Source of the DNA: an uncultured Desulfurellales bacterium
GTDB lineage: Bacteria; Campylobacterota_A; Desulfurellia; Desulfurellales; CAZERD01
Direction: 5' to 3'
Length of the DNA stretch: 64,000 nt
NCBI GenBank assembly: GCA_964515405.1
Contig: CAZERD010000001.1
Location: 7,629-71,628, forward strand
The notes under the pieces were generated by a model. That model did not search any database and had not been told where the DNA came from. It saw only the letters and a list, made by a program, of their open reading frames with translations. Of the stretch, positions 27,367 through 37,396 are shown in pieces (position 1 is the stretch's first letter; the number at the start of each line of letters is the position of its first letter). The position numbers and the translations under genes are program-made.

Positions 27367-30171
27367 TTAACCTCCGAGGATCCTTCTCAGGTATTTTGTT
27401 GTGTGGGTGTTAAAGGAGTTGACTATTTCTCTAGGAGAACCGAAGGCAACTACTTCTCCACCCATGTCACCACTCTCTGGGCCGAGGTCTATTATGTAGT
27501 CTGCAGATTTAATGATGTCAAGATTATGTTCTATTATGATAACGCTATTGCCTTTTTCTACGAGGCGGTTTAGCACCTTGATTAACTTTTTGATGTCGTC
27601 CATATGAAGGCCTATTGATGGTTCATCGAGTATGTATATGGTTTTGCCGGTGGGCGGCTGTATGAGGTGCTTTGCTATTTTCACCCTCTGGGCCTCTCCG
27701 CCGGATAGGGTGGTCGCGCTCTGGCCAAGTTTCAGGTAGCCTAGTCCGACCTCTCTTAAGGTGTTCAGTTTGGAAGCTACCCTTGGTATATCGCGGAAAA
27801 ATTCGTAGGCTTGGCTAATTGTCATTTCAAGGACATCGTATATACTTTTCCCATTGTATTTGATTGAAAGTGTTTGGTCGTTGTATCTTTTCCCCTTGCA
27901 TAGGTCGCATTTTACATAGATATCAGGTAGAAATTGCATCTCTATCTTTATTAAACCTTCTCCTTTACACTTTTCACATCTTCCCCCTTTAACGTTGAAG
28001 CTGAATCTTGATGGAGTAAATCCTCTTGCTTTTGCATCCTGTGTCTTTGCGAACAGTTCTCTCATGTCTGTGAACACCCCGGTATAGGTAGCAGGATTAC
28101 TTCGGGGAGTTCTTCCTATGGGTGTTTGGTCTATCTTTATGATTTTGTCTATTAGATGGAGATGGTTTATTCCGTCGCATCTGTCAGAAGGTGGGGTTTT
28201 CCCGTGAAGTACGGCTTCTATGTACTCATAAAAGCAGTCCAGAATAAGGCTTGATTTTCCTGATCCTGAAACGCCGGTCACACATACGAAGCATTCGGTT
28301 GGTATCTTTACGTTTATATTTTTGAGGTTATGAACTTTTGCTCCCTTTATCAGTAGAAAGTTTTGGGGTTTTCTATAGTGCTGTGGGGGTTCTATGGCGA
28401 GTTTTTTTGATAGGTAGAGTCCAGTGAGCGAACGGGGGTTATTTTCTATTTCTTCAGGAGTTCCTGTGGCTGTTATTTTACCACCCTCCCTGCCGGCCCC
28501 TGGGCCCATGTCTATGATGTGATCGGCTGCCCTTATAATCATTTCGTCGTGTTCTACAACTATTACGGTGTTATCTTTGTCTCTGAGATTTTTTAGGGTC
28601 TGTATGAGTACGTCTGTGTCCTTTGGGTGTAGACCTATGGATGGTTCGTCCATTACATAGGTTATGCCTTCCAATCTACTACCTACCTGGGTTGCTAGTC
28701 TTATTCTTTGGGATTCGCCTCCTGATAGGGTGGAGGCTCCCCTGTTTAGGGTCAGATATCCGAGGCCAGCGTCTATAAGAAACCTCAGCCGAGTTTTTAT
28801 TTCTTTGAGCAGTCTTGAGGCTATGTTCAGCCTGAACTCATCTAGGGTTTCCTCCAGCTTTTTGAAGAAGATGTACGAATCGGATATGGATAGATTTGCT
28901 ACCTCCATGATGTTTTTGTTCAGGAGCTTTACAGAAAGGCTTTCTCTGTTTAGTCTCATGCCGTTGCATGCAGGACAAGGTATGTTGTTCATCAGGTTTA
29001 GTATATCGTTTCTGACATTTGGGGATTCTGTCTCTGAGAATTGTTTTGATATGAGTTTTATTACACCTTCCCATCTTATTTTGGTTTTTCCCATCATGGG
29101 ATACTTTAGTTCTATCTCTTCCGTATATCCGTGAAGTATTATATCTTGGTGTCTCTTAGGGAGTTTGTTAAAAGGTGTGTATATGTCTATGCCTAATCCC
29201 AATGCTACTCGGAATAGGAGTTGTTGATAATACTTATGTCTGAGTTTGTTCCATATGGTTATTGCTCCTTCCCTTAGGGACAGATTTGGGTTGGGTATAA
29301 GTTTCTTTACATCAAGTTGGTGTTTTACACCGATTCCGAAACACTCTTCACATGCTCCAAGTGGGGAGTTGAATGAAAAGCTCTGTGGGGTTATAGGTTT
29401 GTAACTTATTCCGCAATACGGACATGCGAAGTGTTCGGAAAATATTTCTTCTTCGTTGCTATCTATGTCTTTTACATATACTACGCCTGAGCCAAGCTTT
29501 AGTGCTAATTCCACGGATTCTGAGATGCGCTGCTTGGACTTGTTTGACACTTTCAATCTATCAACCACGAGAAAGATATTGTGCTTCTTGTTGCGGTCTA
29601 ATTCTATATCTTCGTCCAGAAATTTCATCTGATTGTCTACAATTACCCTGAGGAACCCCTCTTTGGCAAGCTTCTCAAACTCGTTTTTGAATGTTCCCTT
29701 TCTGTTCAGGGCTACAGGTGCAAGTATTAGGATTCTTCTACCGGGGTTCTGAATTAGCGTGTTTATTATTGTTTCAGGGGTTTGCTTTGTTATTCTTCTG
29801 CCACAAGAATAACAGAATGCTTCTCCTGTATGAGCGTAGAGCAGCCTCATATAATCATATATCTCTGTAACTGTTCCAACTGTGGAACGTGGGTTATTTG
29901 ATATTGGCTTTTGATCAATGCTGATAGTTGGTGATAGACCTTTTATTTCATCAACATTTGGTTTGTCTATTTTATCTAGAAATTGCCTTGCATAAGCACT
30001 CAATGATTGGATGTAGTTTCTTTGTCCTTCAGCGTGTAATATATCAAAGGCAAGTGTAGATTTACCTGAGCCAGATGGCCCCGTGATTACCGTGAGGCTT
30101 GATTTTGGTATCCTAACATCTATGTTTTTTAGGTTGTGTTCTCTTGCTCCTTTTACTTCTATGTATTTCAT
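27367..30171 (-). CDS. uvrA: Excinuclease ABC subunit A
   Basis: 934 aa with two ABC modules (GPSGSGKST and GVSGSGKSS; two LSGGE signatures) and zinc-finger Cys pairs. Confidence 0.95.
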   Translation of the reverse strand: MKYIEVKGAREHNLKNIDVRIPKSSLTVITGPSGSGKSTLAFDILHAEGQRNYIQSLSAYARQFLDKIDKPNVDEIKGLSPTISIDQKPISNNPRSTVGTVTEIYDYMRLLYAHTGEAFCYSCGRRITKQTPETIINTLIQNPGRRILILAPVALNRKGTFKNEFEKLAKEGFLRVIVDNQMKFLDEDIELDRNKKHNIFLVVDRLKVSNKSKQRISESVELALKLGSGVVYVKDIDSNEEEIFSEHFACPYCGISYKPITPQSFSFNSPLGACEECFGIGVKHQLDVKKLIPNPNLSLREGAITIWNKLRHKYYQQLLFRVALGLGIDIYTPFNKLPKRHQDIILHGYTEEIELKYPMMGKTKIRWEGVIKLISKQFSETESPNVRNDILNLMNNIPCPACNGMRLNRESLSVKLLNKNIMEVANLSISDSYIFFKKLEETLDEFRLNIASRLLKEIKTRLRFLIDAGLGYLTLNRGASTLSGGESQRIRLATQVGSRLEGITYVMDEPSIGLHPKDTDVLIQTLKNLRDKDNTVIVVEHDEMIIRAADHIIDMGPGAGREGGKITATGTPEEIENNPRSLTGLYLSKKLAIEPPQHYRKPQNFLLIKGAKVHNLKNINVKIPTECFVCVTGVSGSGKSSLILDCFYEYIEAVLHGKTPPSDRCDGINHLHLIDKIIKIDQTPIGRTPRSNPATYTGVFTDMRELFAKTQDAKARGFTPSRFSFNVKGGRCEKCKGEGLIKIEMQFLPDIYVKCDLCKGKRYNDQTLSIKYNGKSIYDVLEMTISQAYEFFRDIPRVASKLNTLREVGLGYLKLGQSATTLSGGEAQRVKIAKHLIQPPTGKTIYILDEPSIGLHMDDIKKLIKVLNRLVEKGNSVIIIEHNLDIIKSADYIIDLGPESGDMGGEVVAFGSPREIVNSFNTHTTKYLRRILGG

Positions 30172-31514
30172 GTAGTGGTGGTGTAAACGAAGTCGGGTTT
30201 TACCATGTCTTTGAATGTGGTAGTTTCCTTTTGGAACACGAGTTTTACTGTACCCATTGGGCCATTTCTTTGTTTACCGATAATTATTTCGGCTATGTTT
30301 TTGTTTTCTTCCTTGTTCTTATGGTATACTTCATCTCTGTATATAAACATAATCAGGTCAGCATCTTGTTCGATGGCCCCAGAGTCTCTTAGATCTGCCA
30401 TAACAGGTCTTTTGTCTTCCCTGAGTTCTACTCCCCTATTTAGCTGTGATAGTGCTACTATTGGGATGTCCATCTCTTTTGCTAATATTTTTAGTGCCCT
30501 GGATATTTCTGATAACTCTTGGGTTCTGTTCTTTGTGGTGTTGCCTTGGATCAGTTGGAGGTAGTCTATAATAGCCATATCTATTTCCTTCTCAAGCTTC
30601 ATTTTCCTGAGCCTTGTTCTTATGTCTGTGACCGTTGACAGGGAGGAATCATCTATGTATATCCTTGTTCTTTTAAGCTTGTCCAAGGCTTTGATTAGAG
30701 AGTCCCATTCGGTATTTCTTATGAACCCAGTTCTTATTTTGGAGAATTCTATACCTGATACGGATGAGAGCATTCTGAGTATGAGTTGTCTTGATGTCAT
30801 TTCCAGGCTGAATATTCCAGTACTTATCCCGTGCTGCAATGAGGCATTTAGGGCTATGTTAATGGCTAAAGAAGTTTTACCCATGCTTGGTCTGCCGGCT
30901 ATTATTATAAGATCTCCTCTTTGGAACCCGCTGGTTTTTTCATCAAGATCTGCGAATCCAGTTGGTATGCCTGTTAGCACACTATCCCTTTTTCTTAAAG
31001 CCTCCAAATAGTTCAATGTCTCATCCAGCATGGATTCCACTGAGGTATAACCGGTGGATTTTCTGCTAGATATGTCAAAGATACTTTTCTCAGCGAAGTC
31101 TATGATTATGTCTATGTCTTCTGGTTCCTCGTATGCTATCTCTGCTATTTCGTTGGCTGTGTGGATCAGTTCTCTCAACACAGCTTTCTTATGTATAATT
31201 TCAGCATAGTATCGGGCATTGCCTGGGGCTGGTAGGTGTTCAAATAGGGATGTTAGATAGCTTAGTCCACCGACTTTTTCAAGTTCGCCTTTTTCCTTTA
31301 AAGTTTCGGTAACTATGACAAAGTCGAACGGAAACCCTTTCGCATGAAGGTGTTTTAAAACCTCAAAGATGATAGAGTGTCTTTCATCGTAAAAGTCCCC
31401 AGAATCAATAATTTCAAGCACGTCAAGTATTTTTGAACTGTCGAGCACAAGAGAGCATAGCAAGGCTCTCTCTGCCTCAATCGATTGGGGAAAGGATCTT
31501 TTAACGTCACTCAT
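30168..31514 (-). CDS. dnaB: Replicative DNA helicase DnaB
   Basis: 448 aa with Walker A GRPSMGKTS and DnaB N- and C-terminal domains. Confidence 0.95.
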   Translation of the reverse strand: MSDVKRSFPQSIEAERALLCSLVLDSSKILDVLEIIDSGDFYDERHSIIFEVLKHLHAKGFPFDFVIVTETLKEKGELEKVGGLSYLTSLFEHLPAPGNARYYAEIIHKKAVLRELIHTANEIAEIAYEEPEDIDIIIDFAEKSIFDISSRKSTGYTSVESMLDETLNYLEALRKRDSVLTGIPTGFADLDEKTSGFQRGDLIIIAGRPSMGKTSLAINIALNASLQHGISTGIFSLEMTSRQLILRMLSSVSGIEFSKIRTGFIRNTEWDSLIKALDKLKRTRIYIDDSSLSTVTDIRTRLRKMKLEKEIDMAIIDYLQLIQGNTTKNRTQELSEISRALKILAKEMDIPIVALSQLNRGVELREDKRPVMADLRDSGAIEQDADLIMFIYRDEVYHKNKEENKNIAEIIIGKQRNGPMGTVKLVFQKETTTFKDMVKPDFVYTTTT

Positions 31515-31953
31515 CCACGGGAATGACCTTCAACTTTACGATGGCTTTTATATCTCTAAAGATGGCCACGGGTATTTCATATTCCCCGATACTTTTTATC
31601 GTCTCCGTTTTTATCTGTTTTCTATTGATGTTTATACCCTTTTCTTTGAGAGCTTCTGAAATTTCACTGGCTGTTACTGAGCCAAACAATCTGCCCTTTT
31701 CTCCGGTCTTTGCTTTTATTTCTATTCTCACGCCATTCAGTTTTTCTCTGAGGGATTCAGCTTCCTTCAATTTCCTTTCGATTTTTCTGGCTATCGCTTT
31801 CTGTTTATCTTCTATGAGCTTCATATTTTTTTTGGTCGCAGGGAGAACCTTGCCTCTGGGTATGAGGTAGTTCCTAGCATATCCATCCTTTACCTCTTTG
31901 ACAGCTCCAGCGTACCCTAGCTTTTCTATATCTTCAAGCAGTATAACCTTCAT
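31507..31953 (-). CDS. rplI: 50S ribosomal protein L9
   Basis: Begins MKVILLEDIEKLGYAGAVKEVKDGYARNYLIPRGKV. 148 aa. Confidence 0.9.
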   Translation of the reverse strand: MKVILLEDIEKLGYAGAVKEVKDGYARNYLIPRGKVLPATKKNMKLIEDKQKAIARKIERKLKEAESLREKLNGVRIEIKAKTGEKGRLFGSVTASEISEALKEKGININRKQIKTETIKSIGEYEIPVAIFRDIKAIVKLKVIPVDE

Positions 31954-31956
31954 ATC

Positions 31957-32211
31957 TTACCCCTTAAGCTTCCTGCTTACGGTGAAAGGTATTAGAGCCA
32001 TATACCTTGCCCGTTTAATGGCTTTCGTCAGTTGTCTTTGGTGTCTTGCGCATGTTGCTGTCATTTTTCTGCCCATAATCTTATATCTTTCTGTGGTGTA
32101 TTTTAGCAGGGTGTCAACGTCTTTGTAGTCTATTTCTTCCACGTTGTTGACGCAGAAATTACACACCTTCTTTTTAGGATATCTGTACATTCTCTTTTTG
32201 CCGTTGTTCAC
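31957..32211 (-). CDS. rpsR: 30S ribosomal protein S18
   Basis: 84 aa with the S18 core [19 protein letters not shown] and ARYMALIPF. Confidence 0.9.
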   Translation of the reverse strand: MNNGKKRMYRYPKKKVCNFCVNNVEEIDYKDVDTLLKYTTERYKIMGRKMTATCARHQRQLTKAIKRARYMALIPFTVSRKLKG

Positions 32212-32226
32212 CTTATCCTCCTCCGT

Positions 32227-32619
32227 TTAGAATGGTATATCTTCATCTTCGAGACCAGCTTCACTTGTGGTTTCCTGATCCCTATCCTTAGGACTTAGAA
32301 ACTGAAAGGAATTCATTATTATTTCGTGTTTAGCTCTCTTATTTCCAGATGAGTCTTCCCATGTTCTATACCTTAACCTGCCGTCCACAAATACGTTGGA
32401 CCCCTTTTTAAGGTAGTTTGCCACTGTTTCTGCCTGCTTGCCGAAAGCCACTATGTCTATAAATAACACTTCGGTTCTGAGTTGGTTGTTTTCATCCTTC
32501 CCAATCACTGTGTTAACTGCCAGTGTAAAGTTGCATATACCCAGTCCTGAGGGTGTGAACCTTATCTCTGGATCTTTCGTTAGATTGCCTGCCAAGAGCA
32601 CTTTATTCAGGTTGGCCAT
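32227..32619 (-). CDS. ssb: Single-stranded DNA-binding protein
   Basis: OB-fold N-terminus (MANLNKVLLAGNLTKDPEIRFTPSG) and an acidic C-terminal tail EDEDIPF. Confidence 0.9.
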   Translation of the reverse strand: MANLNKVLLAGNLTKDPEIRFTPSGLGICNFTLAVNTVIGKDENNQLRTEVLFIDIVAFGKQAETVANYLKKGSNVFVDGRLRYRTWEDSSGNKRAKHEIIMNSFQFLSPKDRDQETTSEAGLEDEDIPF

Positions 32620-32953
32620 TTGGATCCTCTAGCTTTGACTCTTTGGGTTTATATTGTTCTATGTCCTTCTTGAGCATATGTACTGTCATGTGTCTTAATA
32701 CGGGGTCTTTTATCCTGAAACGATTTTCCAGCAATTTTGGTGCGGACGGTTTGGCCCTGTAGTGCATTAGTACGTAGTATGCCTGTTTGAATTTCTTTAT
32801 GGGATATGCAAGGTTCTTTTTTCCCCACAGTTCGCTTTTGAGAACTTCAGCTCCCTCAGACTTGAGATACTCTTCAAATTCTGACATGAGAGACTTTAAC
32901 TCTTCCTCATTGAGGGTTGGTTCAACAACATACAGTGTTTCGTAGTAGTTCAT
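32603..32953 (-). CDS. rpsF: 30S ribosomal protein S6
   Basis: Begins MNYYETLYVVEPTL. First gene of the conserved rpsF-ssb-rpsR-rplI order. Confidence 0.9.
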   Translation of the reverse strand: MNYYETLYVVEPTLNEEELKSLMSEFEEYLKSEGAEVLKSELWGKKNLAYPIKKFKQAYYVLMHYRAKPSAPKLLENRFRIKDPVLRHMTVHMLKKDIEQYKPKESKLEDPNGQPE

Positions 32954-32975
32954 CTAACCTCCTTTCGGGCTTCTG

Positions 32976-33023
32976 GCTTCCACCTTCAAAGATGGAAGCA
33001 AGGATTATCTGCTGGATATTATA
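32976..33023 (-). promoter_or_regulatory. rpsF 5' region: TATAAT -10 element and a leader hairpin
   Basis: On the minus strand, TATAAT maps to 33018-33023 and a 7-bp hairpin GCTTCCA/TGGAAGC pairs 32976-32982 with 32993-32999. Both lie upstream of the AAAGGAGG SD. The best -35 candidate (TTGATT) has only a 15-nt spacer. Confidence 0.3.
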
Positions 33024-33040
33024 CAAAAGGTCCTCCAAAA

Positions 33041-34405
33041 TCAAGGCTTCCATTGGTTTTCTATATCTGGCAGATAGTTAAGAGCTTCCTTGACGCCCTC
33101 CTCTGGATATTCGTAGTTTTCCATATCTCCTGAGAGGAATGCATCATATGCTGCCATGTCAAAGTGGCCATGTCCTGAGAAGTTGAACAGGATCACCTTT
33201 TCCCTTTGTTCTTCTTTGGCTTTTAGCGCTTCATCTATGGCACCTTTTATGGCATGGCATGTTTCAGGGGCTGGTATTATACCCTCGGTTTTTGCGAATA
33301 GAACGCCTGCTTTGAAAACTTCAGTTTGCTTGTATGCAACAGCATCCAGTAGTCCATCCTTGCGGAGTTGACTGAGTATTGGTGCATCTCCGTGGTATCT
33401 TAGCCCTCCTGCATGTATGCTTGGGGGCATGAACCTGTGACCCAATGTATACATAAGCAGTAGCGGAGTCATTTTGGCTACGTCTGCAAAATCGTAGTGG
33501 AATATTCCCTTTGTAAGCGTTGGACAGCTTGCTGGTTCAACGGCAACTATTTTTACGTTTTTCCCGTGTATTTTATCTCTCATGAAGGGTAGGCTTATGC
33601 CGCCCAGGTTGCTCCCCCCTCCGCATGGTGCAAGTACTACATCTGGGTAATCCCCCACCGCTTTCAGCTGTTTTTTGGCCTCCAATCCTATAACTGTTTG
33701 GTGCATGAGGACGTGGTTGAGCACACTGCCTAATGCGTAGTTTGTATTTTCATGGGTCACAGCGTCCTCTATGGCTTCGCTTATAGCAAGACCTAAGCTG
33801 CCAGGGTTGTCTGGGTTTTCCTTGAGTGCTTGTTTTCCTATCCGGGTTTTGTCGCTTGGGGAAGCGAACACCTCGGCTCCCCACAGGCGCATCATTGATT
33901 TTCTGAATGGTTTTTGGTTGTAGCTCACTTTAACCATGTACACTCTTATCTTTAAACCCAACAGGCTACCAGCAAGCGCCAGGGCACTACCCCATTGTCC
34001 TGCACCTGTCTCTGTGGTTAATGTTTTGGCTCCTTCCTTTTTGTTGTAGTATGCTTGAGCTACCGCTGTATTTGGCTTGTGACTCCCGGCTGGTGATACA
34101 GATTCATTCTTGTAATATATCCTTGCGGGTGTACCGAGAGCTTTTTCCAAGTTGTAGGCTCTGACAAGAGGCGTTGGCCTCCACAAGGAGTATATTTCTC
34201 TAACCCTGTCGGGAATAGGGATTTCACTTTGGTTGCTTGTTTCTTGTTCTATAATGGATTTTGGGAATATTCTTAGATCATTCGGTGTTAGTGGTTTCTG
34301 GGTTTGGGGATTAAGTGGAGGGCTAAGAGGAGTAGGCATATCAGGTAGTATATTGTACCAGTATTTTGGCAAATCCTCTTCGTTTAACAGGATTTTCTTG
34401 GACAT
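33041..34405 (-). CDS. Tryptophan synthase beta chain, TrpB2 (TrpEb_2) type
   Basis: I chose the internal ATG at 34405 because GAGAAGGAG sits directly upstream. The PLP-lysine context is [10 protein letters not shown], and the long N-terminal extension ([14 protein letters not shown]) is typical of TrpB2. Confidence 0.85.
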   Translation of the reverse strand: MSKKILLNEEDLPKYWYNILPDMPTPLSPPLNPQTQKPLTPNDLRIFPKSIIEQETSNQSEIPIPDRVREIYSLWRPTPLVRAYNLEKALGTPARIYYKNESVSPAGSHKPNTAVAQAYYNKKEGAKTLTTETGAGQWGSALALAGSLLGLKIRVYMVKVSYNQKPFRKSMMRLWGAEVFASPSDKTRIGKQALKENPDNPGSLGLAISEAIEDAVTHENTNYALGSVLNHVLMHQTVIGLEAKKQLKAVGDYPDVVLAPCGGGSNLGGISLPFMRDKIHGKNVKIVAVEPASCPTLTKGIFHYDFADVAKMTPLLLMYTLGHRFMPPSIHAGGLRYHGDAPILSQLRKDGLLDAVAYKQTEVFKAGVLFAKTEGIIPAPETCHAIKGAIDEALKAKEEQREKVILFNFSGHGHFDMAAYDAFLSGDMENYEYPEEGVKEALNYLPDIENQWKP

Positions 34406-34505
34406 AATACACTCCTTCTCGATGTTCTCAGTTTCCCATCCTATCACATACATGGGAGGATTACAAGATCGCTTTAGTGGTTTTTCGGGTGCAAGAGTGA
34501 GGGGG

Positions 34506-34533
34506 TTGACAGCCCTGCTTGTTGAGATATAAT
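34506..34533 (+). promoter_or_regulatory. Sigma-70-type promoter for the TRAP transporter operon
   Basis: TTGACA, 16 nt, TATAAT, 48 nt upstream of the dctP ATG. Confidence 0.55.
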
Positions 34534-34581
34534 AAAGGTATTAATTAAGTGGTTAAATGAATCCAATGGGGAGGTGTTGTC

Positions 34582-35586
34582 ATGAGAAGGTTTAGGTGGT
34601 TGGTGGCGGTGCTGTCTTTTGTCTTCATTTTGTGTTTCTCTGTATCTGGTTTTTCTTCTCCCACAGTGCTGAAGCTTGGGTTTGTTACAGCTCCCAATCC
34701 GAAGGATCCATACTACATAACTGCTAAAAAGTTTGCTGATTTGATCAAGGAATATACTCATGGGAGGTATGTTGTAAGACTTTATGGGAGTGGACAGTTG
34801 GGTAATGAGCGAGATATGGTTAACAATCTTATAATGGGAACTATGGATCTTGGAGTTATCACGAATGCCCCTGTAGGGACGTTCGTTCATGCTTTCATGA
34901 TTCTGGATATGCCGTTTTTGTTCCCGAACGCCCATGTGGCTCATAAGGTTCTTGATGGTCCTGCAGGAGAGTTGTTGTTAAAGCAGCTTAGGAAGATTCA
35001 TGTAGTTGGTCTTGCGTTTGCGGAGGGTGGTTTTAGGGATATGATTAACAATGTCAGACCGATTTACTCTGTCAAGGATCTTAAGGGGATAAAATTTAGG
35101 GTTATGAGGAGTCCTGTGTATATAGCGATGTTTAGAGCTCTTGGAGCTAATGCTGTTCCTATGCCCTGGCCAGAGGTATTTACAGCTGTTCAGGAGAAAG
35201 TTGTGGATGGTCTTGAGATACCTGTACCCGTTATCTACTCTAATAAATTTTTTGAAGTTACCAAGTATCTATCTCTGACGCAGCATACCTATTCTCCTTT
35301 GATAGTAATGTGCTCAGGGAGTTTGTGGAAAAGATTATCCAAGAGTGACAGAAGAGCTTTTAAAAGGGCAGCTGTGGAGGCTGTCAGATATGAGAGAAAG
35401 AAGATAGAAAGTATAGTCAATGAGTATATAAGTTTGTTAAAAGAGAAAGGAATGAAGATAAATAATGTTCCTGATAAGAAACCTTTCCAGGAGGCGGTTA
35501 AGCCTGTGTACAGGGAATTCGAGAACAAAATAGGAAGGAGATTTATGGAGACTGTACTCAAGGCAAGAGACGAAGCAGAAAAATAA
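34582..35586 (+). CDS. dctP: TRAP transporter substrate-binding protein (DctP family)
   Basis: Signal peptide and DctP-family sequence, followed by small and large TRAP membrane subunits. Confidence 0.85.
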   Translation: MRRFRWLVAVLSFVFILCFSVSGFSSPTVLKLGFVTAPNPKDPYYITAKKFADLIKEYTHGRYVVRLYGSGQLGNERDMVNNLIMGTMDLGVITNAPVGTFVHAFMILDMPFLFPNAHVAHKVLDGPAGELLLKQLRKIHVVGLAFAEGGFRDMINNVRPIYSVKDLKGIKFRVMRSPVYIAMFRALGANAVPMPWPEVFTAVQEKVVDGLEIPVPVIYSNKFFEVTKYLSLTQHTYSPLIVMCSGSLWKRLSKSDRRAFKRAAVEAVRYERKKIESIVNEYISLLKEKGMKINNVPDKKPFQEAVKPVYREFENKIGRRFMETVLKARDEAEK

Positions 35587-35624
35587 ATTTGAGGGGGTGT
35601 CCCCCTCTTTTCTTGTAGTTTCCT

Positions 35625-36104
35625 ATGGGTAAGATTAAGCTTTTTATAGATGGGATAATGATAGTTGTGCTTTTCGTTCAAGGTGTAGCTTTGCTTGTTC
35701 TAATAGGTATAGAGGTGTTTTTCAGGTATGTAGTGGGCAGTGCTTTGTCTTGGCCTGAAGAGGTAGCAGGTATAGTGTTTGTTTGGTTTACATTGGTTGG
35801 TGTATCTATTTTGGTAGGTGAGAATGCTCATATATCCTTTAGTTTTTTAGATAAATACTTTCCTCGTTTGGTTTCTCTATCAATAAAAGTCATGGCACAT
35901 GCTATAGTAATTTTGTATGGGGTGATAATGGTAGTGTATGGTTACAGGTACATGGTTTTGTTCCGGTATGAGGTTTCTCCAGCTGCAGGTATAAATTTGA
36001 TGTGGCTGAATTCTGCCATTCCGTTTAACGGGGTTTTAGTAGCATTTTATTCGCTTGTCAATGTAATAGAGGAGACAAGACGCTATTTTAGGGGTACAAA
36101 ATGA
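35625..36104 (+). CDS. dctQ: TRAP transporter small permease (DctQ family)
   Basis: 159 aa with four predicted TM segments. Overlaps the dctM start by 4 nt. Confidence 0.8.
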   Translation: MGKIKLFIDGIMIVVLFVQGVALLVLIGIEVFFRYVVGSALSWPEEVAGIVFVWFTLVGVSILVGENAHISFSFLDKYFPRLVSLSIKVMAHAIVILYGVIMVVYGYRYMVLFRYEVSPAAGINLMWLNSAIPFNGVLVAFYSLVNVIEETRRYFRGTK

Positions 36105-37387
36105 ACCCTGGAACAGTGGCGGTGTTTTTGTTGGGGATTTTTATACTCTTGGTTGTGATAGGGGTACCTATTGGTTTTGCTTTGGGCATGGCTGGGATAG
36201 TAGGCCTTGTGCTTATGAAGGTATCGTTTATGATGTTTGCGCAGACGCTTATATCAGGTATAAACAATTTTGCTCTTCTTGCTATTCCGTTTTTTGTACT
36301 TATAGGTTCCTTGATGGAGAAGAGCGAGATTTCTAAGTCTTTGATAGATTTAGCTGATGAACTTATAGGGTTTATACCTGGTGGGATGGCTGTGGTAGCA
36401 GTCTTGTCTAGCATGCTTTTTGCCACTGCCTCTGGTTCCGGACCAGCTACTGTGGCGGCCATAGGTTCAATTACGATACCAGAAATGGAGAAGAGAGGGT
36501 ATTCCTCTAAGTTTTCTGTTGGTATAGCTGCTACTGCTGGGGCGCTGGGCCCTATAATTCCTCCAAGTATCCCACTAATAATATATGGGGTGGTAGCCGA
36601 GGAATCTATAGTTAAACTTTTCCTGGGGGGATTGGGAGCTGGTTTGCTATTTGCTTTTCTTTTGATACTGTTTAGCATATTTAAGTCTATTAAGGAGAAA
36701 GTTCCTGTTTCTAACAAGAAACCATCTTTCTTGGGTGTATTAAAAGCTCTGTGGAGAGCCAAACATGCTATAGCAGTTCCTATAATAGTTCTCGGTGGAA
36801 TATATGGTGGTATTTTTACGCCTACGGAGTCTGGGGCAGTTGGATGTCTCTATGTATTGGTAGTGGGGAATTTTGTGACAAAAACGCTGAATTTGAGAAA
36901 GACATATGAATGTATGGTATCTGGAGCTAAAAATTCTGCTATGATAATGTTTGTAATAGCCAGTGCGAGCCTTTTTTCTTGGTTACTAGCTGCTGGGAGG
37001 ATTCCAGAGATAGCTGCTCATGCTATAGCAGTGGTGGCTGGTAGTAAGGTTATTTTTCTTTTGATGGTTAATGTTCTTTTCTTGTTTATAGGTTCTTTGC
37101 TTGATACCCCTGCGGCTATAGTGATAATGGTTCCCATACTACTTCCAATAGCTAAACATTTAGGGATAAATCCTCTCCATTTCGGGGTTGTGATTGTAGT
37201 CAACTTTGTGATAGGCTATATTACTGCTCCTTTTGGGTATAATCTGTTTGTCGCCAAGAGTATTACTGGAAAAACGATGGAAGAAGTTACGGTGGCCGTG
37301 CTCCCGTTTCTTGTGGTTGCATTGATAGGGTTGGCCATAATTACCTATGTACCTCAGATTTCTTTGTTTTTCCCACAGATGATGTAA
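36101..37387 (+). CDS. dctM: TRAP transporter large permease (DctM family)
   Basis: 428-aa polytopic protein that reads as DctM family. Confidence 0.9.
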   Translation: MNPGTVAVFLLGIFILLVVIGVPIGFALGMAGIVGLVLMKVSFMMFAQTLISGINNFALLAIPFFVLIGSLMEKSEISKSLIDLADELIGFIPGGMAVVAVLSSMLFATASGSGPATVAAIGSITIPEMEKRGYSSKFSVGIAATAGALGPIIPPSIPLIIYGVVAEESIVKLFLGGLGAGLLFAFLLILFSIFKSIKEKVPVSNKKPSFLGVLKALWRAKHAIAVPIIVLGGIYGGIFTPTESGAVGCLYVLVVGNFVTKTLNLRKTYECMVSGAKNSAMIMFVIASASLFSWLLAAGRIPEIAAHAIAVVAGSKVIFLLMVNVLFLFIGSLLDTPAAIVIMVPILLPIAKHLGINPLHFGVVIVVNFVIGYITAPFGYNLFVAKSITGKTMEEVTVAVLPFLVVALIGLAIITYVPQISLFFPQMM

Positions 37388-37396
37388 GGAGGATTT

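Noticed and set aside
34478-34493. A sigma-54-like -24/-12 element, TGGTTTTTCGGGTGCA, with correct GG-N10-GC spacing upstream of dctP.
   Set aside because: Only the GG and TGC cores match; the -24 region is TGGTTT rather than TGGCAC. A near-consensus sigma-70 promoter lies 13 nt downstream, and no enhancer-binding protein with a DNA-binding domain is nearby.
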